A stretch of 64,000 bases of DNA, taken from Candidatus Marinacidobacterales bacterium (GTDB taxonomy: Bacteria; Acidobacteriota; Vicinamibacteria; Marinacidobacterales; SMYC01). Below, one piece after another: positions 1 to 10,249 of this stretch. A model generated the notes under the pieces. That model saw only the letters and a list, made by a program, of their open reading frames with translations. It did not search any database and was not told where the DNA came from. Location of the stretch: contig OZ250169.1 in assembly GCA_965237955.1 (NCBI GenBank), positions 3,648,001-3,712,000 on the forward strand. The letters are read 5' to 3'. Positions within the stretch are counted from its first letter, which is position 1, and each line of letters begins with the position of its first letter. Made by a program: the position numbers and the translations under genes.

Positions 1-1
1 T

Positions 2-277
2 GCTCTCGATAAGAACTTGCCGCCCGGCGGCTCCCCCGGTATCCGATCTCAGATCGATACCTTCCTAGGCTACTTTGAAAAGGACCTGGAGAAGGGGGAC
101 AGCATGGAGTTGACCTACGTTCCCGGCGTGGGTACGGCGCTAATGCAGAACCGGGAGCAGCAGGGAGCCACGATGCCGGGCAAGGGGTTTGCCGACATCC
201 TGTGGGCTTCCTATTTCAGTTCCGAAACTTGCTGTTCGGGGCTCAAGAAGCAGATTCTCGACCATTGTTCCCAGTGA
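2..277 (+). CDS. C-terminal part of a chalcone-isomerase-like fold protein (5' end outside window)
   Basis: Frame open from the window edge; KGDSMELTYVPGVGT...GKGFADILWASYF...LKKQIL resembles the C-terminus of bacterial chalcone isomerase-like proteins. Confidence 0.5.
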   Translation, partial: ALDKNLPPGGSPGIRSQIDTFLGYFEKDLEKGDSMELTYVPGVGTALMQNREQQGATMPGKGFADILWASYFSSETCCSGLKKQILDHCSQ

Positions 278-377
278 GAGGTTCGCAGGAGGATGGATGT
301 CTTCACGACCAGGCAAGTCGAGGAGCTTCGCAATGAGCTGTTAGTGGCGGACGAAAATTGCACACCCGGCACCCCGT

Positions 378-627
378 TGTGCTCCGCAAAAAGTCGATCC
401 AGCGTTGATTTCGCCTGGGCGTTGCGGCCGGCGATTCGGGGTCCCGTGGAAACAGCTTCAGGAACACGCTTCGATATTCGCTCTCGACTAGGTGGTCATC
501 TGCATGGTGGCGACCCGCCCGCCCAAGACGATTGTAAAGCCCACGGCCCTTGGCCCGGTCGCAAACACAGACACTAAGTTGCTGATTTATGGCCTATTTC
601 AAAAGGGCCGAGTTTTGGCACAGGACG
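378..627 (+). mobile_element. 250-bp non-autonomous derivative of the rve-IS family
   Basis: Starts TGTGCTCCGCAAAAAGTCG (also at 12329 and 34061). Ends with about 180 bp matching the 3' non-coding end of the intact element at 34737-34925, terminating in GAGTTTTGGCACAGGACG. No transposase. Confidence 0.8.
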
Positions 628-633
628 GCGGGC

Positions 634-656
634 ACTGATGACTGATGACTGATGAC
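634..656 (+). repeat. Heptamer tandem repeat (ACTGATG)x3
   Basis: Read directly. Confidence 0.9.
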
Positions 657-838
657 CGGCGACGCGTGCTGTCCTCACCCAAGGGCAATGATCGAGAACT
701 GTAGACGTCGCCTACTTGAGTTGGCCGTGTCCAGGCGAGCGACTACCCTGACACAGGGGGTGGACGACTCGAGACAGCAGATTGACTCTGAGTGAGTGTT
801 TTCCGAGTCCGAGGGAAGGCCATTATTTTCGAAGAAAC

Positions 839-2449
839 TCAGGAGCTACAAGAGAGCATCGAGCAGCCGGGGCGATTCCGAGCCCAGTCGGGGCGCTTTT
901 GGGCGTGCTCTTCTTTTCCCGGCTGTTCGTCATAAGGGTGGTGCAGCACATCGAGCAACTCTTCGACGAGCGAGAAGTCTCCCGTCTCGGCTTGGTCGGT
1001 GGCGAGCTGGGCCATGTAGTTCCTGAACACATATTTGGGATTCACGGCGTCCATGCGCTCCCGACGAACAGCGCCACAAACGCCGTCCTCGCGTAGCCGG
1101 GCGCGATAGGCTCGAAGCCAGCGACCCCAACGACGCCGGTCCTCCACCGTCAGCGCATCGGGCGCGTAGAAGGCATCCATCAAAGGTTCCAGCATGACAT
1201 CGTCACGCACGTCGTCATCCGGGTCTGATGCGTCCGCCCCGACCAGGACCAAGCGGCGATAGAAGATGGTCATGTCCGTTTCGACGAGACGCAAGAGCGT
1301 CTGAAGCTCGGTGAAAAACTCGCTGTCGGACTCCCCTTGGTAGGACTCGAACCCGAGCTTCCTTGCCATCATCTCCGGCCACTCCTTCTCGAACGTCTTC
1401 GGATAGACCTCGAGCGCGGCCTGAAGCGCGGGGACATCCTCGACGAGACAATGGATGGCGTTGGCGAGCTGGACGAGGTTCCAGAGGGCGATCTGCGATT
1501 GATGGCCGAAACGGTAGCGGCGGCCCGTGGCATCGGTGGTGTTCGGCGTCCAATCGGGATCGAAATTATCGAGCCAACCGTAAGGCCCGTAATCGATCGT
1601 AAGGCCGAGGACCGACATGTTGTCGGTATTCATCACGCCGTGGACGAAGCCCACGCGCATCCAATGCACGATGAGCTCTGCCGTCTTTCGGCAAACCTCC
1701 TCAAACCACGCCAAATAGCTCTCTTTCGAGGGCCCGCCCAAGTGCGGGAAGTCGTTCCGAATCGTGTAATCGGCAAGCTGTCGCAAGACGTCGATCTCGC
1801 CCCGGGAGGCGAAGATCTCGAAGCTCCCGAAACGGGTGAACGAGGGCGCGACCCTGCAGACGATGGCCCCGGGCTCCGGCGCGGGATGGCCGTCGTAGAA
1901 CATGTCCCGCACGACCTCTTCGCCGGTGAGCACGAGACTCAGAGCCCGAGTCGTAGGAACCCCGAGATGGAACATCGCCTCGCTACACAAAAACTCGCGC
2001 ACCGAAGAGCGCAGCACCGCCAGACCGTCCGCGGAGCGCGCGTAGGGCGTCGGCCCCGCCCCTTTGAGCTGGAGCGTCCAACGTTTCCCGCCCTGACCGG
2101 CGAGCTCTCCAAGGTTGATCGCGCGCCCATCACCGAGCTGCCCCGCCCAATGGCCGAACTGATGGCCGCCATAGCAGGTCGCGTGCGGGTCCATTCCGTC
2201 CAACACCCGATTCCCCGAAAAAACCTGGATGAAGTCCTCTGAACGGCACGTCTCGGGCGAGAGCCCGAGCTCTTCGGCGACTTCCGAGGCGAAAGCGACC
2301 AGCTCCGGAGCACGGACTTTGGCGGGCCAAACACGGGAAAAGCACGCGCCCAAGACTTGGCGCGGTCGATTCGTCTCGTCGGGATCGGCCGGGAGCTCCC
2401 GGGTGAAACGGTTGTCGAAAACGAGCTCGTCCAGAGCCGTCGATTCCAA
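839..2449 (-). CDS. selO: Protein adenylyltransferase SelO (YdiU/UPF0061)
   Basis: YGGHQFG...GQLGDGRA, QLKGAGPTPY, RSSVREFLCSEAM, GFVHGVMNTDNMS, IDYGPYGW, NPKYVFRNY and C-terminal CSMLSCSS. Confidence 0.96.
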   Translation of the reverse strand: MESTALDELVFDNRFTRELPADPDETNRPRQVLGACFSRVWPAKVRAPELVAFASEVAEELGLSPETCRSEDFIQVFSGNRVLDGMDPHATCYGGHQFGHWAGQLGDGRAINLGELAGQGGKRWTLQLKGAGPTPYARSADGLAVLRSSVREFLCSEAMFHLGVPTTRALSLVLTGEEVVRDMFYDGHPAPEPGAIVCRVAPSFTRFGSFEIFASRGEIDVLRQLADYTIRNDFPHLGGPSKESYLAWFEEVCRKTAELIVHWMRVGFVHGVMNTDNMSVLGLTIDYGPYGWLDNFDPDWTPNTTDATGRRYRFGHQSQIALWNLVQLANAIHCLVEDVPALQAALEVYPKTFEKEWPEMMARKLGFESYQGESDSEFFTELQTLLRLVETDMTIFYRRLVLVGADASDPDDDVRDDVMLEPLMDAFYAPDALTVEDRRRWGRWLRAYRARLREDGVCGAVRRERMDAVNPKYVFRNYMAQLATDQAETGDFSLVEELLDVLHHPYDEQPGKEEHAQKRPDWARNRPGCSMLSCSS

Positions 2450-2600
2450 AAGGGGGTGCTTGCGCTGTTTGCTGTTGGTGATGTGTACGTATCCCTTTGC
2501 AAAAAAAGCACTTACGCTCCGTTTAGCGCCCGGCGAAGGTCGTGAGCGCTATTTTGGCTGTAATTTAATGCAGCGTAAAGTCTTAGCGTCATCTCACCAA

Positions 2601-2620
2601 CACTTAATGGCAGAAGCACC
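2601..2620 (-). mobile_element. IS1-family terminal inverted repeat (orphan end)
   Basis: Reverse complement GGTGCTTCTGCCATTAAGTG resembles the IS1 TIR (GGTGATGCTGCCAAC...). A similar motif begins the IS1-like remnant at 11400. Confidence 0.7.
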
Positions 2621-2753
2621 GTCATCTGCATGGTGACGACCCGCCCGCTCAAGACGATTGTAAAGCCTACGGCCCTTGGCCCGGTCGCAAACACAGACAC
2701 TAAGTTGCTGATTTATGGCCTATTTCAAAAGGGCCGAGTTTTGGCACAGGACG
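2621..2753 (+). mobile_element. Orphan right end of rve-IS
   Basis: Near-identical to 495-627 and 4916-5048. Confidence 0.9.
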
Positions 2754-2757
2754 CGGT

Positions 2758-2915
2758 ATCGAGATATGGACCCGGCGGGTCTTCAGCTGAATCGCGAAGA
2801 AGACGTAGAACGTAACCAGACCCGCGGGAGTCCATATTTCTGTGGTGAAGAAATCGGCAGCGGCAAGGGTAGTCGGCGCAGCCGCGACAGGAAAAGCAAG
2901 TCGAGCTGTTCGAGG
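2758..2915 (-). pseudogene. Internal fragment of rve-family transposase
   Basis: Minus strand reads [31 protein letters not shown], homologous to [31 protein letters not shown] of 34967-36037. Confidence 0.8.
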
Positions 2916-2978
2916 AAGCGCTCGCGTAGGCTGTAATGGGCAACAAAAACAGGTGATAGGTGCTGCATGAAGCGGGCG

Positions 2979-3641
2979 TCACCGAAAGGGGGTTTGCATC
3001 ACAACTGTTGCACGCCCTTCCCGGCGAAACTCACGAGCTAGATCCTCGGCATCCGCCCGATAAACGAATTCTCCGACCCAAACACGATAGTAAAGCCGAC
3101 CGCTCGCCCGGAATCCAGAGATCTCGACCGGACGATGTCCTTCCCGCTTGATCTCATCGGCGAGCTCTTTGGCGGCCGACTCGTCGCGGAACGAGCCGAG
3201 CTGGACTCTCCAACGGGTGGCCAGACGACTTTGATCTACTTGGATGACTTCAATCTGGACCGGCGCTACGCCCTTTTGGACCATGTTGATCGCCTTCGCC
3301 GCGCCGTAGGAAAGATCCAGGACCCGTCCGTCGATAAAAGGGCCCCGGTCGTTGACCACCACCACCACGCTGCGCCCGTTATCGGGGTCGGTGACCCGCA
3401 ACACGGTGCCGAAGGGAAAGGTCCGATGGGCTGCAGTGAACCGTTCAGGGTCCATCGGCTCTCCGCTCGCGGTGGCCCGACCTTCTTCTTCCAGCCCGTA
3501 CCAGGAAGCAAGGCCCTCGAAAGTGGTTCCGCGAAGCGGAGCCGGGGCTGGCGTGCCGGAGGGTGTCGTCACCGACGGTCCGCGGCTGGCACAGGCCGCG
3601 ACAAAAGAGCAAAGCAGGATTGTGGGGAAAGTCCGCTTCAC
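2979..3641 (-). CDS. rlpA: Septal ring lytic transglycosylase RlpA-family lipoprotein (DPBB + SPOR)
   Basis: Lipobox VAAC; GLASWYG...TASGE...FTAAHRTFPFGT, VNDRGPFIDGRVLDLSYGAA; SPOR-like WRVQLGSF...YYRVWVG. Confidence 0.93.
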   Translation of the reverse strand: MKRTFPTILLCSFVAACASRGPSVTTPSGTPAPAPLRGTTFEGLASWYGLEEEGRATASGEPMDPERFTAAHRTFPFGTVLRVTDPDNGRSVVVVVNDRGPFIDGRVLDLSYGAAKAINMVQKGVAPVQIEVIQVDQSRLATRWRVQLGSFRDESAAKELADEIKREGHRPVEISGFRASGRLYYRVWVGEFVYRADAEDLAREFRREGRATVVMQTPFR

Positions 3642-3664
3642 AAACTTTAATTATACCTGCTTTG

Positions 3665-3764
3665 CCGTCGTGTCCGAACAGGAGAACCCGACGTGGGGAT
3701 ATACGCGCCTGCGGGGCGCAGTCAAGAACCTCGGACATGAACTCGGACGCAACACTATCAAGAG
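3665..3764 (+). pseudogene. rve transposase internal fragment
   Basis: [28 protein letters not shown] is nearly identical to the intact transposase at 34967-36037. Confidence 0.85.
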
Positions 3765-3767
3765 GGT

Positions 3768-4125
3768 TGTGCCTTCTATTTATTCATCCGCGCGCACCGA
3801 ATTTGATTAGTCTCCGGTCTGCCGGCACCATGCCGGCATGATTTCGTCGTTGGTTCCCGCTCTCATCTCTGCCTTCAAGGCTCGTCGCAAGCTAGCTCTT
3901 GAGAATGTCGCGTCGCTCTTCGGCAGCAGCTCGCCGTCCTCCGTCGTTCGGTGAAACGGACGCGGCTCTCGAATGTCGACCGCGGGTTTTGGGTGCTGTT
4001 GCGCAGAATCTGGACTGGCTGGGAGAGTTGTCCTCGTCATCGTGAAACCTGAGACGGTCGTCCGCTGGCACCGTTGTGGGTTCAGAACGATATTGGGCGT
4101 GGAAGAGCCGACGGCGTAGGCCCGG
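3768..4125 (+). mobile_element. Left end (TGTGCCTTCTATTTATTCATCC type) plus frameshifted 5' transposase fragment
   Basis: Same end at 5313(rc), 12933(rc), 13907 and 31645; encodes MISSLVPALISAFKARRKLALENVA...KPETVVRWHR. Confidence 0.8.
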
Positions 4126-4129
4126 ACGA

Positions 4130-4302
4130 AGCGTGTCGGGCTTCACGACGACTAGGGCATTCTTCCAGTCGAACAGCCGAGCCAGCGCCGCCATCGTGAA
4201 CCGCCTCCTGTGCCAAAACTCGGCCCTTTTGAAATAGACCATAAATCAGCAGCTTAGTGTCTGTGTTTGCGACCGGGCCAAGGGCCGTAGGCTCTACAAT
4301 CG
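4130..4302 (-). mobile_element. rve-IS end (4204-4302) abutting a transposase fragment (4130-4203)
   Basis: Reverse-complement TIR; adjacent TMAALARLFDWKNALVVVKPDT matches the 34177-34405 type transposase. Confidence 0.8.
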
Positions 4303-5048
4303 CGTTGTGTCCAAAAACAGAAACGCGCCGCCAAGCCCTTGATGGTTGAGCTCTCCATAATAATGATAGATGAACTCGGCGACGGCCCGGCGCGTGGGCG
4401 TCGTGTCCAAAAATACAAACGAACTCGAGACCGGCTCGCCGGGACGTTTCGGAATAGACGTATCTACGCTTGATTGGCCAATGGGAGCTAGAATCCTCGG
4501 TCATGAGCACGCCGGTCCAGCCCTTGACCTTGTTGGTCGTCGCCATCGCTGGTTGGCTCCAGCGTGACCAACAGGCTGCTATGGTCTACTTGCTCGAGGA
4601 GAACAAAGTCCTCAACGCTCGGCTTTGCGGGAGGAAGCTTCGTCTCACAGACGACGAGCGACGTCGGCTCGCGGTAAAGGGTAAGGCGCTTGGCCGGAAA
4701 CTCTTGGCAGAAGTCGCCGGTATCGTCACACCGGAAACCCTTCTGGCTTGGCACCGAAGGCTTCGTGTCGCGAGAGCGACTTGGGGGCATTCTTCAACTA
4801 CTACTGCCGTGCCGCGTAGATTGTCGCCGGCGACGGTAGCCCCTCGGCGGGCTCGACCGGCGTAGCGTGGAAACAGCTTCAGGAACACGCTTGGATATTC
4901 GCTCTCGACTAGGTGGTCATCTGCATGGTGACGACCCGCCCGCCCAAGACGATTGTGAAGCCCACGGCCCTTGGCCCGGTCGCAAACACAGACACTAAGT
5001 TGCTGATTTATGGCCTATTTCAAAAGGGCCGAGTTTTGGCACAGGACG
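4303..5048 (+). mobile_element. Internally deleted rve-IS with duplicated left end
   Basis: Left ends CGTTGTGTCCAAAAAC (4303) and CGTCGTGTCCAAAAAT (4399). Transposase N-terminus MSTPVQPLTLLVVAIAGWLQR...LLAWHRRL is fused to a C-terminal RERLGG remnant, then the full right end. Confidence 0.85.
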
Positions 5049-5221
5049 AGGTCTCCATCTTTCGTTGCGACAGAAACTCTCCGTTCTTGTGCTATGGCAA
5101 TTCCTACCGTCGCGCCCAGGACGGCGACGAAACACATAAGTGTTTGACTACAGTGCGGTGTACTTTCCTCTCTCCGTGAGTGTGACACAGGCCTAGTTGA
5201 GCTTCCAATGAGATCCGTCCC

Positions 5222-5313
5222 CGTCCTGTGCCAAAACTCGGATCTTTCGAAATAGACCATAAATCAGCAGCTTAGCAAGTTCGGTGCGCGCGGATGAATA
5301 AATAGAAGGCACA
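5222..5313 (-). mobile_element. 92-bp MITE made of two rve-IS termini
   Basis: CGTCCTGTGCCAAAACTC...CTTAGC joined directly to ...GATGAATAAATAGAAGGCACA. Confidence 0.8.
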
Positions 5314-5407
5314 ACCGTCTCGAACCGAAAAGGCGCCCTTGTCAATCCCGATACCGCCTCTTCCACGACAATCGCCGCCCAAGAATGCCCTCCAGTTTGT
5401 CGAGGTA

Positions 5408-8179
5408 TCACAGTAACGACACCGTGCTGAGGTCTGTCCAGTTCAACTTCTGTAGGTCACCAATTAGCCAAGCATGTGCGAGATCCGTCACTGGTCGTGT
5501 AGTGTCTATGGCCGGTAGTGAGTCTCCCACGATCGGGCATGGTGTTGCGTCGATCCCGGATCGAACCGATCTCAAATTCTCTTCTTCTTCTCGCCAATAG
5601 GACAGCAGATCGAAGTCCTCGGACGCGCCCCACTCCAAGGCCACCTGCGATGCGCCGTCTCGAGGTAGCGCCCTCGCACACCAGGTCAGACTAGGTGCCC
5701 CCTCCCAGTGGGACTGTTGTGACTTCGTCAGCCGACCCTCCAGTCTGATGGGAAACAGCCGGGCGAACCGAAAACGGTTCCGAAAACCGCCGAACCACCG
5801 ATCGACCATCTCCATGTAGAGCTGCAAAGCGGCCGAGTACACGGCGGTGGCGCGTTGTAGCAACCGCTCATCGCTGTAGAAGTCCCAGGTGTGGAGTCCA
5901 CGCGTACCCTTTGAAGGTCTCCGGTCAAACCCCGGCCAGGGATCACGAACTACGTCCTCGCCTTGCTCTAGTAGGCGTTCGAGTTTACCCCTCATGAGGT
6001 CAAGTTCGTACGGCGCTATCTCCAGCTGACGAATCTTGAACACTATAGTTTCTCGTCTCGCCTGCGTGGCCATCTGCAGAACGGTCTCAAGCACCTCCCG
6101 CGCGCCAATCGGTCTCGGGCTGAACTCTCCTTGTCCGGCTATGGCCAAAGCAAACGCCCACACGAGTTCGCGTGTCGTGTGGTCGGACGGCAGTGCGAGC
6201 CGTCTCGTCAATATTGTCTTCGACAAAGAGTCTACTAGATAGCGTCTTGTTCTCTTCCATGGCCATTCCGCACCAAGTGGGGTCATTTCTGTATGAAGGA
6301 TCGCCCAACCCGGGTCAAGATGCCGAAAACCAGTCTTCGCACCCTCTGGCAATTGCACGACGGGATGAGATAGCGTTCTCCCGCCGCTGTACCAAGAAGT
6401 CGTAATCGTTGTGGAGTCCATTCGGATGCCCACGGCAGCCGTGCTATCGTCAGCAGCAACTGGACCTATTTCTTGAAACAGCTTGCCCAGACCGCGGCGC
6501 CACGCGTCCATCGCGTTCCAGAGTTCGGACCCTAGCTGCTCGGCAGACGCGGGGGACCTATCGGTAACGTCCTCGTCGCCCCCTGCCGTGGCAGTGTCTT
6601 GGATCAGAAGAGCTGCAAGGCCGGGATCCGAAGAGGCGAGTTTGTGACGCAACGCATCTCGGGTATTTTCGTTTTCGGATTCAATAACGAGTTGGAAAGC
6701 CGTCATCCAACGGTCCGATGCGGGAACGATGTCGTCTATAGGGACGTTTTCTTCGATAAGCGCTCGCGCTGCGTACCACTCCCTCAACACCTCGTGGTTG
6801 AAATCGAACGTGTCTCCAGACTCGTCGATGAGACGAGAGTTTGCCAGCAATCCCTGTCCAACGTGACTGAGCGTCACGTCCGACTTGCGTACACGTCTTC
6901 CGGTGCTGATCGCCTTTACGGCCAGTCTCTGCAGTAGGCAGTTGAGTCCCTCTCCTTTTTGTCGGCTCTGCTCGACGACTTGTTGGGCCAGCCGGTTGAT
7001 TAGATCCACTGGACGGTCGAGGCCTATCGCCCGTCCGCGGCGCAATTCAGCCCCGATCATCACCGCGAACAGTGGGCGTCGAGCCGCGTTCCGAAGGGAT
7101 TCCGACCAACTGTATAGTTCTCCCAGTTGGCATTTCCTGCCGGCGATCCTGCTGATTAAGTCGATGGTCTGATCGTCATTCAACGCGGGAAGTATAGTGT
7201 GTTGCTCAGGTACCTTCAGGCCGGGTAGTGCGCTGCTTGTGGCTAGAACGCGTGATTTCGGGTGCGCGTCCATGTAATACTTAATCTGAGTGATCAATTC
7301 GTTTGCTTGGGACACTCCTGTTTCGTCGAGGCCGTCGAGGATCACCAATGTTGGTTGATAGTACGGCTGAACTAGCCCAGCGGTGCGCTTTTCGATGTAC
7401 TCCTCTAGCGGGTCGGTCAGGTCTCTTGCATGCACAAAAAGTGGGAAGGGCTGGGTTCCGTCCTGTAGCGCGATTTCAATGGCGCGCTGAAAGAAGCGTG
7501 AAGCGGCCAGAGACTTGCCGGATCCAGTGGCCCCGACCACCATCTGGAAGTGGAAATCTCCTGCGGTCAGGACGTCGCCGACGGAGCGGTCATTGGCGAG
7601 TTCGGTAGCAAGGTCACTGGGGACGTCCAGTGTAATCCACAACTGCTTGCACTTGGCGAAGGAGGAGTCGCGCCATTCTCGTAGCTTCTGGCGGCGAGCG
7701 GGCGGCGCGGGGTCTCGCAGGGCCGTGGTGATTTCATCAGATAGCGAAGCGGTAAGCGCTTCGTGGAGCGCCGGGCCGGAGTTGACGTTCCGCCATTTGC
7801 AATACCCAGACACCGTGGTGAGGAGCTCTCGGGTTAGCGGGTCTCGGTTTTCGGCCGGCAGCTTGAATACGAGGAGACGGCGGCCAGTGGCTATGCGTGC
7901 ATTGATTTCGTCGACTACAGGTTGGGTAGTCTGTGAACCTACGAGCCACACGAGAAGGTCGGCGTCTCTCGCCTTCTTCAAGTAGGCATCGACCGCAGAT
8001 TCCGAACTCGCGGGAGTGAATTCAAATGCCCAGGGTTGCGCGCATGGAAACCTATCGAACGTCCGAACTGCCTCGTCCCGCGCCCACTGCAATTCCTCCG
8101 TCACGCTGCTGATGAAGACAAGAAGATTGGACTCGGAGCGCAACAGGATGTCGTCGGGGGTTTGCTGAGACTTAGGCAC
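5408..8179 (-). CDS. DUF4062-like N-terminal domain + NACHT/STAND-like P-loop NTPase (candidate defence protein)
   Basis: LVFISSVTEELQWARDEA...PWAFE...AYL...DLLVWLVG (DUF4062-like); Walker A GATGSGKS; Walker B LVILDGLDE; RRPLFA; FDFNHEVLREWYAA (winged-helix motif). GTG start at 8179 preferred because 8203-8245 is an IS256 end. Confidence 0.8.
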   Translation of the reverse strand: MPKSQQTPDDILLRSESNLLVFISSVTEELQWARDEAVRTFDRFPCAQPWAFEFTPASSESAVDAYLKKARDADLLVWLVGSQTTQPVVDEINARIATGRRLLVFKLPAENRDPLTRELLTTVSGYCKWRNVNSGPALHEALTASLSDEITTALRDPAPPARRQKLREWRDSSFAKCKQLWITLDVPSDLATELANDRSVGDVLTAGDFHFQMVVGATGSGKSLAASRFFQRAIEIALQDGTQPFPLFVHARDLTDPLEEYIEKRTAGLVQPYYQPTLVILDGLDETGVSQANELITQIKYYMDAHPKSRVLATSSALPGLKVPEQHTILPALNDDQTIDLISRIAGRKCQLGELYSWSESLRNAARRPLFAVMIGAELRRGRAIGLDRPVDLINRLAQQVVEQSRQKGEGLNCLLQRLAVKAISTGRRVRKSDVTLSHVGQGLLANSRLIDESGDTFDFNHEVLREWYAARALIEENVPIDDIVPASDRWMTAFQLVIESENENTRDALRHKLASSDPGLAALLIQDTATAGGDEDVTDRSPASAEQLGSELWNAMDAWRRGLGKLFQEIGPVAADDSTAAVGIRMDSTTITTSWYSGGRTLSHPVVQLPEGAKTGFRHLDPGWAILHTEMTPLGAEWPWKRTRRYLVDSLSKTILTRRLALPSDHTTRELVWAFALAIAGQGEFSPRPIGAREVLETVLQMATQARRETIVFKIRQLEIAPYELDLMRGKLERLLEQGEDVVRDPWPGFDRRPSKGTRGLHTWDFYSDERLLQRATAVYSAALQLYMEMVDRWFGGFRNRFRFARLFPIRLEGRLTKSQQSHWEGAPSLTWCARALPRDGASQVALEWGASEDFDLLSYWREEEENLRSVRSGIDATPCPIVGDSLPAIDTTRPVTDLAHAWLIGDLQKLNWTDLSTVSLL

Positions 8180-8202
8180 AACAGTTAGTGAACCGCCCCG
8201 GA

Positions 8203-8718
8203 GGATGTGTCCCGAGGTCCGTGGAAAAAGAACGGCACCCTCCACTCCGTCATCAGAGTATCATATCAGGCGGTAACCTCCGCGTGTTCGAGAACCTCGC
8301 TCAGACGTTGGTAGCCGTCAATGCGTCGTAGTTGAATCTGGCGAGAGGCGATAAGCCCAAACAGCAAAGCGACCGCGGACTCCTCGCTGGAGAACGACGC
8401 TTGGGTTTTCGTCCGGCGTCGAAACTCGCGGTTGAGATTCTCCAGAGCATTGGTCGTTCGAATCGATTTCCACATGGCACGAGGAAATTCGTAGAAGGTC
8501 AGCAGCTGATTACCGGCCTCCTCTAGGCTTCGGACGACGGCCGGCGCGAGAGGCGTCCACTTAGCGACGAGCTCGTCATAGGCTTTGCGAGCATCGATCC
8601 CGTTCTTGGCGTAGACGATCCGATTGTAGTCACGCCGGAGCTCACGGCGTGCGTGCGCCGGGCAATGTTCGAGCAAGTTGGCGCGCTTGTGCTCGGTACA
8701 TCGCTGCAACCGGCACCC
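8203..8718 (-). mobile_element. IS256-family remnant (3' part of transposase and right end)
   Basis: QRCTEHKRANLL...LLTFYEFP...SIRTTNALENLNREFRRRTK; end TTCCAC...TCGGGACAC. Truncated exactly at the rve-IS terminus 8719. Confidence 0.88.
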
Positions 8719-8858
8719 CGTCCTGTGCCAAAACTCGGCCCTTTTGAAATAGGCCATAAATCAGCAGCTTAGTGTCTGTGTTTGCGCCCGGCCCAAGGGC
8801 CGTAGGCTTTACAATCGTCTGGCCCGAGGGTGTTATCTTCAGGTTTTGGCACAGGACG
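8719..8858. mobile_element. 140-bp MITE with both termini (CGTCCTGTGCCAAAAC...GTTTTGGCACAGGACG)
   Basis: Left-end copy (includes CTGAAGATAACACCCTCGG as at 36042) fused to the terminal 16 bp of an opposite end. Confidence 0.85.
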
Positions 8859-9056
8859 GGGCGCACCCTGCGTCCCCTGTAGGGGCATGATGGTGGTGCT
8901 GCCCGGCCGGTTCCGATCGCGTTCTGAACTAACTTCCTTCACCTCATCCAGATCGGGGTCGTCGGTCACGATCTCTGGACCAGATTCGAAGGGAAGGGCC
9001 AATCAGATGTTCGCTCTCTATGAGGGCTCCGTTCTGCGATTTCCCTCGTGCTCTTC

Positions 9057-10163
9057 TTAGTTGCGTACCGGTTCCCTTATTGGCAGTCTGTACGGTCGCC
9101 TCCATACATCGCTTACGCATCCTAATGTTCCGATCGGGGGGGCTTTGCAAGTACTTGACAATCTTATGATACAGATCCCTTTATCTCCTGTATCGAACCG
9201 GAACCTTGGTCCTGCTGTTCCGCCGAGTATGTCATTCGGGCATCCATCTATTTCCCACTTGTAATCATAAGTTTTTGCCATTGGCGGTTCGATAACTATT
9301 TCTACCTGACGGTTGGCTTGTACTCCCGAAAACCCTCCGACTAGTATGACCTTTCGCTCTCTTCGCGTCCCCACTTCCAATGTATCTAGCACATCATTGG
9401 ACGCTGCTTGTTCCTTTGCTGCTGCCCCCGCTTGCTCCTGCTCTTGAGCTTTTCTTAACCCTTCCATTTCGCGTTGTAGTTTTAGACGTTCTTGCCTTTC
9501 CATTTCGGCGATTCTGTTGGCCTCCTTAAGTTTCTGTTGCTCTCGCGCTCTAGGATTTGAGCTTTCGGCTCCGTTCGCGTTTTCGGACACGACGGGATCG
9601 TCTGTGAGCTGGGACTGGGCTACACCGGCGTCGAGCAGCTTCTTGGTTTCCACGTCGTAGACTACCCAGTTGATGTTGATGTCGACAGTATCCCCCAGCG
9701 GCTTCTTGAGTACTTCTAGGTGCGGGGGAATGAACTTTTCATTTACTTCTCCAGCCTCAATGGATTTCTCTTCCCAGCAGCGTGGATCGACAGGGTCGAG
9801 ACAGTCCGAGACGGGAGATTCGATCCTCACCTTGTCGAGCTGTTTGGCCTTGAATGCGATGTGGACACCGAGTTTCTCGCGACAATCATTCCGGCCTGTC
9901 AAGCTGAGAGGCATCGACTGCCACTCACTGACTGAAACCGTCTTTGGGTAGTTCATCTCGGCCTGGAAACAGTCCTTTACTGATTCTTCAGCCTTGAACA
10001 TTGCAAAGAATTTAGAGCTGATTTCAGAAAAGTTCTTGGCGGCTACAAGCAAGGCTGTCAGGGCCACGATCACGGCGGTGATTTTGACGCTGCTGCGGGT
10101 AATCATGTCCAGAAGATCGGAGGAATTCTTCTTTGGTTCGGACTTTTTCTCTTCGTCGCTCAT
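9057..10163 (-). CDS. Hypothetical membrane-anchored protein with central coiled coil
   Basis: Long, relatively AT-rich ORF; hydrophobic ITAVIVALTALLVAA; charged helix REQQKLKEANRIAEMERQERLK; several Cys pairs. Family not recognised. Confidence 0.7.
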   Translation of the reverse strand: MSDEEKKSEPKKNSSDLLDMITRSSVKITAVIVALTALLVAAKNFSEISSKFFAMFKAEESVKDCFQAEMNYPKTVSVSEWQSMPLSLTGRNDCREKLGVHIAFKAKQLDKVRIESPVSDCLDPVDPRCWEEKSIEAGEVNEKFIPPHLEVLKKPLGDTVDININWVVYDVETKKLLDAGVAQSQLTDDPVVSENANGAESSNPRAREQQKLKEANRIAEMERQERLKLQREMEGLRKAQEQEQAGAAAKEQAASNDVLDTLEVGTRRERKVILVGGFSGVQANRQVEIVIEPPMAKTYDYKWEIDGCPNDILGGTAGPRFRFDTGDKGICIIRLSSTCKAPPIGTLGCVSDVWRRPYRLPIREPVRN

Positions 10164-10249
10164 AGTCTTCCACGCGACGTCCACCAAACAAACGGGCACC
10201 GCATTCACTCGTCTCTAGTTTGTGGTCCGGTCCTCGAAGAATCCCATGG

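Noticed and set aside
839-850. Selenocysteine at the SelO C-terminus
   Set aside because: The ORF ends CSS followed by TGA. This matches the common non-Sec form, and I saw no convincing SECIS-like hairpin.
8266-8757. Outward-reading ATG in the TIR ([13 protein letters not shown]) creating fusion proteins
   Set aside because: No RBS, and it is in frame with neighbours only at about chance frequency.
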